A DNA stretch of 64,000 nucleotides. Source: an uncultured Gammaproteobacteria bacterium. Lineage in GTDB: Bacteria; Patescibacteriota; Microgenomatia; Levybacterales; UBA12049. A program made the position numbers and the translations under genes. Below the pieces are notes generated by a model that did not search any database, had not been told where the DNA came from, and saw only the letters and a list, made by a program, of their open reading frames with translations. Within the stretch, counting starts at the first letter, position 1; every line of letters begins with the position of its first letter. Location: contig CAZEJU010000005.1 of assembly GCA_964512695.1 (NCBI GenBank), forward strand, positions 5,668-69,667. Direction: 5' to 3'. This document shows positions 20,076-28,495 of the stretch, piece by piece.

Positions 20076-20504
20076 TTAAATATCATGTACTGCTGCTTTA
20101 AAAGTTGCGTAATCTCTAATATAATCTGAAGGTTTATAAATGTCTGAAGCGACAACCAGAAGAACTGTATCAGGCGTGAAGTCTATCATTTCATGCCACA
20201 TCATCGTATCCAGAAATACTCCTTCATTAGAACTATGTAATCTTAGTGTTTCACGTGCTTTTCCATTATCTAGTATGAGAGTAATGCTCCCTTTTATACA
20301 GAAAAGTATTTGCTGCGTTTCTTTATGAGCATGAAAACCACGTTTCGCACCTTTAATCACATCGGAAATATAGTATATTCTCTTTATCTGAAACGGTAAA
20401 TCTGGTTCTTCTAAAAAACAGAGAAATCCTTCATCCTCGATTTTCGGAACTGTAATAATATAAGAGAGTGCTGTATGTGTAATTGTATTATTTCCTTTTT
20501 TCAT
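20076..20504 (-). CDS. WxcM/FdtA-like cupin: dTDP-4-keto-6-deoxyhexose 3,4-ketoisomerase (putative)
   Basis: 142 aa with a cupin fold and the His-containing motif GFHAHKETQQILFCIKGS typical of FdtA/WxcM-like sugar isomerases. Confidence 0.65.
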   Translation of the reverse strand: MKKGNNTITHTALSYIITVPKIEDEGFLCFLEEPDLPFQIKRIYYISDVIKGAKRGFHAHKETQQILFCIKGSITLILDNGKARETLRLHSSNEGVFLDTMMWHEMIDFTPDTVLLVVASDIYKPSDYIRDYATFKAAVHDI

Positions 20505-21597
20505 ACTCCAATACTTCCTTTATAAATGCGTCAAACATTCCTGCAACTCTATCCCACGTATATTGCTTTGCAAAAGTACGTGCTTTCACTCTCATTGTAT
20601 CATTCAATTTCTTATTAGTTGCTTTTACTAGAAGCTTACCATATTCATCTAAATCAAAGGGCTTTGCTTTTAAGTAAAAATCATCAGGCGCCCAACGACA
20701 CTCAGGTAAATCAAAGCCTACCATAGGTAATCCAGACGCTAATGCTTCAAGTGCCCATAAGGATAATTCATCATGTCGTGATGGAAAGGTTACAAAAATT
20801 GCTTCTGATAATAATGCTTCTTTTTTCTTTCCGTAAGCAGAACCTACCATATGAACTTTTTTTTCGAGTCCATAATCTTTAATTAGTTTTCTAATTTTCC
20901 CTTCATCCGGACCATGACCTGCAATAACAAGTGGATATCCTATTATAGACGATACTTTTGCGTAAGCCTCTATGAGTAAATCAATACCTTTTTGACTCAT
21001 ATCTAATCTGGAGAGAAAAAGGATGTGCTTCGGCGCGGTATGTTTAATATTAAAGAACGACTCATCAACACCTTGGGGTACAATCTTATATATAATTGAT
21101 GGATTAAGTTTCTTCATTTTAGAACTATCTACATCTGAATATGGTAAAAAATATTTATAAAATTTAGCACCATACTGTTCAATTAAATGAAATGGTAAAT
21201 GATATTTTTTTGAAAATTCCTTAGCATTGAACATGGAAGGTAATCCGATGATCGGCGTTGAGGTAAATCTGGGTGTACCGATCGTAGAAACAGGAGCAAC
21301 GAATGACTCAATAATAACATCGGCTTTTACTTTCCGAACATAAAAAGGCAGCATGAGGATATAAAAAAGATTGTTAAGACGTATAAACTTACTACCTACT
21401 GCTATATGTTTGTATGTTATACCATCTTCTACTCGATCTTGGTAACCCGGATAACGAGAACAATATACAGAAATATCATACCCAAGTTTATGTAGACGAC
21501 GACCTACTTCATATGTTGCTCTTGCCTGACCAGCCCCAAGAAGAGGATTTTTTAGATCATCAAAATCAAAATAACTCACTTTTATTTTCTGTTTCAT
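20488..21597 (-). CDS. Glycosyltransferase family 4 (GT-B, GT1-domain)
   Basis: C-terminal GT1 domain pattern (ILFLSRLDMSQKGIDLLIEAY...VHMVGS...EAIFVTFPSRHDELSLWALEALASGLPMV). Confidence 0.7.
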   Translation of the reverse strand: MKQKIKVSYFDFDDLKNPLLGAGQARATYEVGRRLHKLGYDISVYCSRYPGYQDRVEDGITYKHIAVGSKFIRLNNLFYILMLPFYVRKVKADVIIESFVAPVSTIGTPRFTSTPIIGLPSMFNAKEFSKKYHLPFHLIEQYGAKFYKYFLPYSDVDSSKMKKLNPSIIYKIVPQGVDESFFNIKHTAPKHILFLSRLDMSQKGIDLLIEAYAKVSSIIGYPLVIAGHGPDEGKIRKLIKDYGLEKKVHMVGSAYGKKKEALLSEAIFVTFPSRHDELSLWALEALASGLPMVGFDLPECRWAPDDFYLKAKPFDLDEYGKLLVKATNKKLNDTMRVKARTFAKQYTWDRVAGMFDAFIKEVLEYEKRK

Positions 21598-21610
21598 ATA
21601 GTTGTTTTCA

Positions 21611-22846
21611 TTACCAACGAAATACTTTACGTAGTATTTGTAGTACCATTGGTGTTTTTTTAGACGCGTTTAATTTATTATATATATTTACTATCCCATC
21701 TCGTAAAGTAGGCTTTATTCCTCTTCTTACTGAAATTGTAACAACTTCTGATTCAGCATTTGATAAATCTTTCTTATATGGATAAATACCGAGTGAAAAG
21801 TTATATGCCTTTATCCCTCTTTTTCTACATTCTTCCATGCACAATGTATGAAGTATATAACCGATTCTTAATCGTTTGTTATTTACCTGACCTAATTGAA
21901 GATTAAAAACATCGTTGAAACCGAGCTGATATCCATATGCCACGCCATTATCAACAAATAATGAAAGACAACCGAGCGTTCCAATTTTTTTACTTCTTAC
22001 TCGAAAAAGAATGACAGATTTATATCGTAACAATTTTGGAATGATTATTTCCTGAAACTTAGTGAATCGTTTTGAATCAAACATACTACGTTTGCCTAGT
22101 TTTTTCCATGTAGCGTTATATAATGTAATCAACTCCCTTTGAATATCTAAAGCATGCGAGGCTTTTTCTGCCCATTCAATTTGCAAATCATTATCGAGGA
22201 GCTTCATACTTCTTCGAAGTTTATAGCGGGTATCTTTCGATAAGGTTTCTAAAACAGGAGTCTTAGAAAATTTTATAAAATCATAGAAAAGCACTGGGTG
22301 TTTATCTATATGAAAAGCATAAGATTTTTCCTGTAAAACGTTAAGTACTGTATCCGATTCTTCCTGATTAAATTCATCAAAAACTATTTCCTCCCAGTCG
22401 AATGAAGACTTAATAATTTCAATTAAACCAGTATAAAACGCGGGTTTATATTTTTCAATTACAAGTACCCTATTATTAACCATACCTATACGATCTTTAA
22501 ATGCTTCTCCTGCAGTACCTATGTGGTATGCTTTCACTGGAAAAGGCAAATGTCGTTCTTTTTCTTTTGTAATTAATGTAATTCCGCAAGGAATATTATC
22601 TATCGCTGCTATTACAAACCAATAGTCAACGGTCTCTTTATAAATCTGCAGCCATGTATCCACCCATTTCCATTGGGAAGTTAAACATTGAGAAGAAACT
22701 TGCTTTTCAATTTTCTGCCAAGTATCTGCTAGTTCATGATACTTTTTATTTTCTATAAGATAGAATGAGAGTTGGTCTATTCTTTTTTCACTAAGCTTTT
22801 TGCCAGGTATAGTACTTCTATATACCTTCTGAACTTCCTTTTTCAT
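21611..22846 (-). CDS. FemAB/CelD-like GNAT-fold acyltransferase (putative), part of the sugar-modification cluster
   Basis: 411 aa with W/Y-rich features resembling Acetyltransf_6/FemAB proteins. No sharp motif could be confirmed by eye. Confidence 0.3.
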   Translation of the reverse strand: MKKEVQKVYRSTIPGKKLSEKRIDQLSFYLIENKKYHELADTWQKIEKQVSSQCLTSQWKWVDTWLQIYKETVDYWFVIAAIDNIPCGITLITKEKERHLPFPVKAYHIGTAGEAFKDRIGMVNNRVLVIEKYKPAFYTGLIEIIKSSFDWEEIVFDEFNQEESDTVLNVLQEKSYAFHIDKHPVLFYDFIKFSKTPVLETLSKDTRYKLRRSMKLLDNDLQIEWAEKASHALDIQRELITLYNATWKKLGKRSMFDSKRFTKFQEIIIPKLLRYKSVILFRVRSKKIGTLGCLSLFVDNGVAYGYQLGFNDVFNLQLGQVNNKRLRIGYILHTLCMEECRKRGIKAYNFSLGIYPYKKDLSNAESEVVTISVRRGIKPTLRDGIVNIYNKLNASKKTPMVLQILRKVFRW

Positions 22847-22930
22847 AGCTGACTATTATACTAAATATAGGTCTAAATATACAGTGCTTTTATATCCTAT
22901 AAGAAAATGGTATAATCATAGGAAATTACT

Positions 22931-24283
22931 ATGGTTAGGAAAGAAAAGATTACCATTGTAGGAGCAGGGCCAGTAGGATGTTTCATGGCTATTTTGCTGG
23001 CAAAACGAGGCTTTCAAGTTACTGTTTACGAAAGAAAAGCAAAAGAAGAGTTTCAGAATCCCTCCTCACATCTATCATACCACATTACATTTTATTCTCG
23101 AGGTGTAAATGCTCTTAAAAAAGCAGGTGTTTGGGATGAACTCAAAAAAAATGCCGTACCATTAGACGGGACTGTCGTACATCCTCTCTATGCACAGGCT
23201 TCATTTAGTAGGTTAAGGAAAAAAGACACTCTCTATTTTGCTGTACAACGCTGTGAGTTACTGAAGATCCTCATGAAAGAAGCTAAAAAGTATCCAAATA
23301 TACAGTTTCATTTTAATAGAAAGTTCATCAATGTTAGTCACTACGAGAGGTCTATTGTAATTCAAAATATGCATAATAATAACTATGAGACTATACCATC
23401 TGCTATAGTGATTGGTGCTGATGGAATTAACTCACGAGTCAGATCTAATATACAAATAGGACAACCTGTGGAATATACTCAAATTTATGAGACATGGGGA
23501 TATAAACATGTTCTTTTTAATAAAGATTTAGTTACATCACTTGGTCTTCGAAACCACGCAATGCATGTATGGCCAAGGAAAAATGTTATTTTAGTGGCTT
23601 TCCCTAACAGCAATGGTTCATTAACAGGAATGCTGGTTCTTCCACAAAAACAAGATGAAAGATATACGCGGTTAGATTCGAAGACGGATATTCAGTCATT
23701 TATAAAAAGTAATTTCCCGGATCTCGCACTAGCAACAGATGAGATTGTACATTCCATAAGAGATAACCCGGAGGGTACGTTATCAACAGTCTATACCGCA
23801 CCATGGTATTACAAAGATTTTTTAGTTCTCATAGGTGATGCTGCTCATGGAACCGTGCCATTTTATGGCCAAGGAACTACAGCAGGCTTTGAAGATTGTC
23901 TTGCATTTATCTCACTTGTAGACACCTACAAAACTGATTGGTCAAAAATATTTCCAGAATACCAATATAAAAGGAAAAGACATACTGATGTTCTAGCAAA
24001 TTTATCCCGAGATAATTTTAAACAGTTCCGTCGACATAAAGAAGCAGATTACAATGCTATCCACTCTCATTTAGAGATGATTTTACATAGACTCTTCCCT
24101 TCATTCTGGATATACCCACTTTATATGCTAATGGTTGCGGATAACGATAACTTTGCAGATATTCTAGAAAAACATAAAAAACAAAAAAAGAAAGCTCTTT
24201 TCACGGGTGTTTCACTTGTAGCTCTACTGCTGACAGGAGTCATAGAAGCAAAATCAAAGCTCAGATTTCTAAAGAATAAATAA
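22931..24283 (+). CDS. Class A FAD-dependent monooxygenase, kynurenine-3-monooxygenase-like, with a C-terminal membrane anchor
   Basis: FAD Rossmann motif KITIVGAGPVGCFMAILLAKRGFQVTVYER, the DG motif region (GADGINSRVR), GDAAHGTVPFYGQGTTAGFEDC (a KMO-type active-site motif), and a C-terminal hydrophobic segment (ALFTGVSLVALLLTGVIEA). Confidence 0.65.
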   Translation: MVRKEKITIVGAGPVGCFMAILLAKRGFQVTVYERKAKEEFQNPSSHLSYHITFYSRGVNALKKAGVWDELKKNAVPLDGTVVHPLYAQASFSRLRKKDTLYFAVQRCELLKILMKEAKKYPNIQFHFNRKFINVSHYERSIVIQNMHNNNYETIPSAIVIGADGINSRVRSNIQIGQPVEYTQIYETWGYKHVLFNKDLVTSLGLRNHAMHVWPRKNVILVAFPNSNGSLTGMLVLPQKQDERYTRLDSKTDIQSFIKSNFPDLALATDEIVHSIRDNPEGTLSTVYTAPWYYKDFLVLIGDAAHGTVPFYGQGTTAGFEDCLAFISLVDTYKTDWSKIFPEYQYKRKRHTDVLANLSRDNFKQFRRHKEADYNAIHSHLEMILHRLFPSFWIYPLYMLMVADNDNFADILEKHKKQKKKALFTGVSLVALLLTGVIEAKSKLRFLKNK

Positions 24284-25258
24284 TCAGGAAAGATACTTTT
24301 TCTTCATTGTAAATGCATAATATCCAACACCTATTAAGGAAATGCCCGCAACCATTAATGAGAGTGGCCAACCTAGTGTTCCGCTGAAATATTCTCCTGT
24401 TATTTTTAAAATATAGAGCATAAGAAAAATTGTCCCCCAAGTTAAGAAAGCTTTACTCTTCAACTTCACACTTAACAATAAAATAGAAAAAACGATTAGG
24501 GGGAATGCCAGCTCCCAAAAAATATTTTGCGAAGGTTGCCATCCGCCTAAAACTAAAGCCGCACCAAGGAAGAAAAGAGTTCCGAAGCTATAAAGCGGCT
24601 CTGTAAGCGCTTTTTGCTCTGTAAAGGAAAAATAATATCCTAAAAATAAGTAAGATAAACCAACAAAAAGAAATCGGTATTCATGAAATTTCATATTTGT
24701 GAAATAAGGATTCGGACCAATAAGAAAGTTGGTAAAGTTAAAAAAGAACCATGTAGCATACATGATGCTAAATAAGGTAAAAATAGTTTTTTTAAATACA
24801 AAAAATGAAATAAGATACATAATAAAAACTATACCCGTAATAAGACTCTGCATGAAAGGATACCCTGGATCAAAACCCGCTTGGTCAAACGCAATATTTA
24901 AGCCAAGAGGAATAACAAGCGCGGCAATGAGATGAAATGCTAATCCGACTGCTCCATATTTTTCTTCTTTATTAAAAAGTACCCCTACTATGTATGAGGC
25001 AATGCCAAATCCTAAGGTCACAAGTATTTTCGTAAAAGCGTTTAATGAATTCCAATTCTGAAATACAAGTATCGCTATCCCTATAAAAACGATAAATCCT
25101 CCTATAAAATACAATACTTCTGAAATACCTACTTCTCGAGTTAATGATCCTACTTTTTTATCTTTTCCTCTTTCGTATGCCGAAACCACTTCATCTTTCG
25201 TTAGAAGATTTTGTGAAGACATTGTTGTAATTGTTGATAAAATTGATTCTTTATCCAT
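24284..25258 (-). CDS. Hypothetical polytopic membrane protein (about 8 TM helices) with a short soluble N-terminal region
   Basis: 324-aa ORF dominated by hydrophobic helices. Confidence 0.5.
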   Translation of the reverse strand: MDKESILSTITTMSSQNLLTKDEVVSAYERGKDKKVGSLTREVGISEVLYFIGGFIVFIGIAILVFQNWNSLNAFTKILVTLGFGIASYIVGVLFNKEEKYGAVGLAFHLIAALVIPLGLNIAFDQAGFDPGYPFMQSLITGIVFIMYLISFFVFKKTIFTLFSIMYATWFFFNFTNFLIGPNPYFTNMKFHEYRFLFVGLSYLFLGYYFSFTEQKALTEPLYSFGTLFFLGAALVLGGWQPSQNIFWELAFPLIVFSILLLSVKLKSKAFLTWGTIFLMLYILKITGEYFSGTLGWPLSLMVAGISLIGVGYYAFTMKKKYLS

Positions 25259-25259
25259 A

Positions 25260-25766
25260 TTAGTCTACTACCCACCCTAAAAATGAAAAACCGTTTGAAT
25301 AAGTTGACCCATCGTTCTCTAAATCTACTTTTTTACTACTATACTTTCCAACAAGGTACTTACTATCATAGTTATTATCATACCAAAAAAAAGGAAAGAA
25401 ACCTCTGTGTACACTCCCATTTTCTATAGTATATCCGTCAGGAGACTTCCTATTATTATTTAATACGAGTCGTGAAGCATCTTCATAAGAGATAGCCATA
25501 CTATTATTTGTTTTTACATTATAGATATATAGTTGAGGTTCGGTATACGTTTCATATGGATAGTATGTCTCAGTATAATCTCGTTGATACTTTTGCAAAC
25601 GATTATTTCTTACTAAGTAAAAATACTCACGTCCCGAACTGTAAAGAAAATTATAACGAGGTTTATGAAAAAAGTTTGGAATATATATCGCAATAACTAT
25701 AAAAAGGATCATAAATAGAGGTATCGAGAAACCAAAAATAAGAGGAAGATTTTTTTTATTAAACAT
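25260..25766 (-). CDS. Hypothetical N-terminally anchored Tyr/Asn-rich protein
   Basis: 168-aa ORF with an N-terminal TM helix. It is adjacent to and co-directional with the 24284..25258 ORF. Confidence 0.4.
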   Translation of the reverse strand: MFNKKNLPLIFGFSIPLFMILFIVIAIYIPNFFHKPRYNFLYSSGREYFYLVRNNRLQKYQRDYTETYYPYETYTEPQLYIYNVKTNNSMAISYEDASRLVLNNNRKSPDGYTIENGSVHRGFFPFFWYDNNYDSKYLVGKYSSKKVDLENDGSTYSNGFSFLGWVVD

Positions 25767-25878
25767 ATATTTAATCGTTAGTAAGTAATGTACTTTATCC
25801 TATATCTAAAAATTAATCAGCAAATTATCTATCATTGTGCTATCAAATAGATAGCCATATAAACTTAATGTTTATATA

Positions 25879-26967
25879 TCAGTCTTTTCCTATGGTAATA
25901 ACGATATCAAACTCAGCTGACTGAGTGGCTTCCTCTACTATTATAAGTGGAAAGTCACTTCTTAGCACATTCTGAATATCCTTAACTAATTCAGAAGAAA
26001 ACTGTTCGGAGTATGTGAGGGTTGTTTGATTTTCTAAAGCTCGTGCGTTGCCAATCGATATATTTTTATAACCACTAGCATTTAGAATTAAACCCATTTC
26101 TCCCGCCTGACCTTTAATACCAGAACCATTAAGTATCTGAATTTTAATCGCAGACTTATCGGGGGATTTTATGGTAGGACTTAGCAGAACAGTGGGTGAA
26201 AGTGTAAGAGTCACGTCAGATGTGGTTAAAGAAAGTTGTGGAGCATGATCTTGATCTTTAGCGAATGGATTCGTGACTAAATTACGCTGTATCAATGCGT
26301 AAATGGAAACTGCGACTAGTATTACCAAACCAATGACCAATGTAACATACTGATATTTTAAATTAGGCTTTGGAGTCTGTATGTTTAACTCTGATTCAAT
26401 ACCATCTGCTTCTTCTTTTGAAATCTTTTCAGCTTTTAAAAGATTGTATTTGTTTAGTACACTGCCGTTCTTCAGAATTCCTTTCGCATCAGTTACAGAA
26501 ATGCTTGAAACTTCTCTATTTGTTATTATGCTTAATGGTACAACTGCGCTAACACCAATATTTTTCACTTTCAAAGTTTCTATAACTACTTTGTAAAGAT
26601 CGCTATTTGCGGCTAAAAGTTCAATTTTTTTACCTTTTTTTACCGTTAATTTTGCTATTTTTGCTCTATTTATAGGAATGTATTGGTAAAAGCGTTTCTC
26701 ATTTTCTCCTTTTTTTTCAGAATCCTCTATCTCTTCTGAAAAAACAAACTGGTTGGAAAGAACAATAACAGCTTTTCCTTTAAGCTGGCTATTACTTATT
26801 ACCTCATTCAAACCCTGAGTAAAAAGTTTTTCATCTGAAAGTTCTCCATAGGTAACAGCGCCAGGAGGAAAAGTATACACGATAGTTTTCCCGGAAGGAG
26901 GTATAATCTGAAGAAGAGTCGTACTGATAAACACCAGGAATTTACCCTCTGGAAGGACCATATACAC
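25879..26967 (-). CDS. Bitopic membrane protein with a C-terminal LytR_C-like domain; architecture is cytoplasmic N-domain, then TM, then extracytoplasmic LytR_C
   Basis: TM helix (YVTLVIGLVILVAVSIYALI). C-terminal KIQILNGSGIKGQAGEMGLILNASGYKNISIGNA...TTLTYSEQF resembles the LytR cell-envelope-related C-terminal domain. Confidence 0.45.
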   Translation of the reverse strand: MYMVLPEGKFLVFISTTLLQIIPPSGKTIVYTFPPGAVTYGELSDEKLFTQGLNEVISNSQLKGKAVIVLSNQFVFSEEIEDSEKKGENEKRFYQYIPINRAKIAKLTVKKGKKIELLAANSDLYKVVIETLKVKNIGVSAVVPLSIITNREVSSISVTDAKGILKNGSVLNKYNLLKAEKISKEEADGIESELNIQTPKPNLKYQYVTLVIGLVILVAVSIYALIQRNLVTNPFAKDQDHAPQLSLTTSDVTLTLSPTVLLSPTIKSPDKSAIKIQILNGSGIKGQAGEMGLILNASGYKNISIGNARALENQTTLTYSEQFSSELVKDIQNVLRSDFPLIIVEEATQSAEFDIVITIGKD

Positions 26968-27000
26968 TAGTGTAGCAAATTTGAAAAATCATCGCGAGAT

Positions 27001-27504
27001 TTATCTTGAAGCAGATATTGTAGTTGAGCCTTCAGCTCTGCAAGCCGTTACAGTTACTATATTATTTGCATCAACAACAATCCCGTATCCTGTTGAGGTC
27101 GAACTCGACGACAGGCTTGGGTCGACAGGAATTGTTTTTAAGTATTTAACGAGCGGAGTCGCAAGATTTGTGCAGCTTGAAGCTGTGACACTGCATCCTC
27201 CTGTTGAAATTGCACATCCCGATGAAGCTGATCCAAGCTGGACTTGTGACATTCCGGTAGAAAGCCCCGACGGAAGAGAACCACCGTTATCTACTATATA
27301 AGCATGGACCGCAGTAAGGATCGTATTTACATCTGAGGTGCGTCGTGCGTTTCTCGCGTCTTGAAATCTTTGCGCTGGATTAAGTGCTACGAATACTACT
27401 ACGGCCAAAGTTGCTATAATAACTATTACGATTAAAAGTTCAATAAGAGTAAAACCTTCTTTGGAATTTTGGAGTTTGAATTTAAAATTTAAATATTTCT
27501 TCAT
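27001..27504 (-). CDS. Type IV pilin (class III signal peptide, probable major pilin)
   Basis: MKKYLNFKFKLQNSKEG|FTLIELLIVIVIIATLAVV is a prepilin cleavage/methylation motif (G-F-T-L-I-E). Start moved to the internal Met so the leader is 17 aa. The C-terminal region is Cys-containing. Confidence 0.75.
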   Translation of the reverse strand: MKKYLNFKFKLQNSKEGFTLIELLIVIVIIATLAVVVFVALNPAQRFQDARNARRTSDVNTILTAVHAYIVDNGGSLPSGLSTGMSQVQLGSASSGCAISTGGCSVTASSCTNLATPLVKYLKTIPVDPSLSSSSTSTGYGIVVDANNIVTVTACRAEGSTTISASR

Positions 27505-27560
27505 AGGCAGAATATTATATAAAGTTATCGTATCGTGTAGTGCATAAAAAATCAAGTAAT

Positions 27561-27944
27561 TTATATCTCTTTCCAACTTGAGATCGTCAAATAAGATCCT
27601 CCTCTGTTTACTACAGCCTGGACTGTTCTTCTGTAATCTGTCGCGGTAGTTGTGGTAGTAACTGTGTAATTAGATCCTGCTTGAGACACGGTTATGGTAC
27701 ATATTCCTTCAGGTCGAGATATTGTTCCACCTGCATAAGACGCGCTATTTCTAAGCTTTAAAAGCGCGTCTTCCATACACCCTTCTATAAAAACCAAAGC
27801 ACCTTCGCCTTTCGTAATCGCTAGTGAAACTTGTCCTTCACCTACACCAAGCTGAGCAACGGTTATCATAACACCCGAAATGACGACAGTTAATATGAGG
27901 ATAATTGATATCGCTACATATCCTTGTTCAGATTTTTTTTTCAT
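27561..27944 (-). CDS. PilX-like minor pilin (hydrophobic N-terminus without the canonical GFxxxE)
   Basis: 127 aa starting MKKKSEQGYVAISIILILTVVISGVMITVA, lying inside the prepilin gene cluster. Confidence 0.45.
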   Translation of the reverse strand: MKKKSEQGYVAISIILILTVVISGVMITVAQLGVGEGQVSLAITKGEGALVFIEGCMEDALLKLRNSASYAGGTISRPEGICTITVSQAGSNYTVTTTTTATDYRRTVQAVVNRGGSYLTISSWKEI

Positions 27945-27945
27945 A

Positions 27946-28494
27946 TTAATTACCCCTTAATTCAGCACTACTCTCAATAACCACTGAATCCTGATACTCC
28001 TGACGTGCAGCCACAAAAGAGGCTGCTACTGTCATTACAAACTGTATGTGTTTCGATTTATTGTCAACTGAGCTATAGTTTGTAAATGTTAGAAGTGTAA
28101 TAACAGTATTACTAGAGTTAATAGCTACTGCACTACCGACACCTTGTTTAATTCTTATATTCCCTCCTGATAAATCAATTACAGTCGGATTCGTCCCAGG
28201 CGTTGAAGTTGCAAGGGAAAGAGATGTTGCAGAAACAGAATTTATACCCGTAGCATTCCTAATCTCATATTTGATTCGTTCAGTAATATACCGTGCGTTC
28301 GCATTTACCTCTTGAGCAGTCGCACTTTTTACGCCTAATTCAACACTGTTCCAGGCAAAAGGAACAAGTGCAGATAAAATAATTGTTATTAAAGCAATGT
28401 ACAGAATAAGCTCGATTAAGGTAAAACCACGTTCATGTGAACTGAATGTGATAAAACCATTATTATTTTGTGAAATTATATGTAGACTTCGCAT
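27946..28494 (-). CDS. Prepilin-type minor pilin (PilW/pseudopilin-like)
   Basis: ERGFTLIELILYIALITIILSAL N-terminal methylation motif. Confidence 0.7.
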   Translation of the reverse strand: MRSLHIISQNNNGFITFSSHERGFTLIELILYIALITIILSALVPFAWNSVELGVKSATAQEVNANARYITERIKYEIRNATGINSVSATSLSLATSTPGTNPTVIDLSGGNIRIKQGVGSAVAINSSNTVITLLTFTNYSSVDNKSKHIQFVMTVAASFVAARQEYQDSVVIESSAELRGN

Positions 28495-28495
28495 A

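Noticed and set aside
20076-20155. 80-nt overlap between the DegT aminotransferase ORF-track start (20155) and the upstream cupin gene
   Set aside because: Treated as a start-codon over-extension. The aminotransferase alignment begins at the internal MNDFKKEY, so the start was moved to ~20062 instead of calling a genuine overlap.
26981-27301. 106-aa + strand ORF
   Set aside because: It lies entirely antisense to the type IV pilin gene (27001..27504), which carries a clear prepilin motif.
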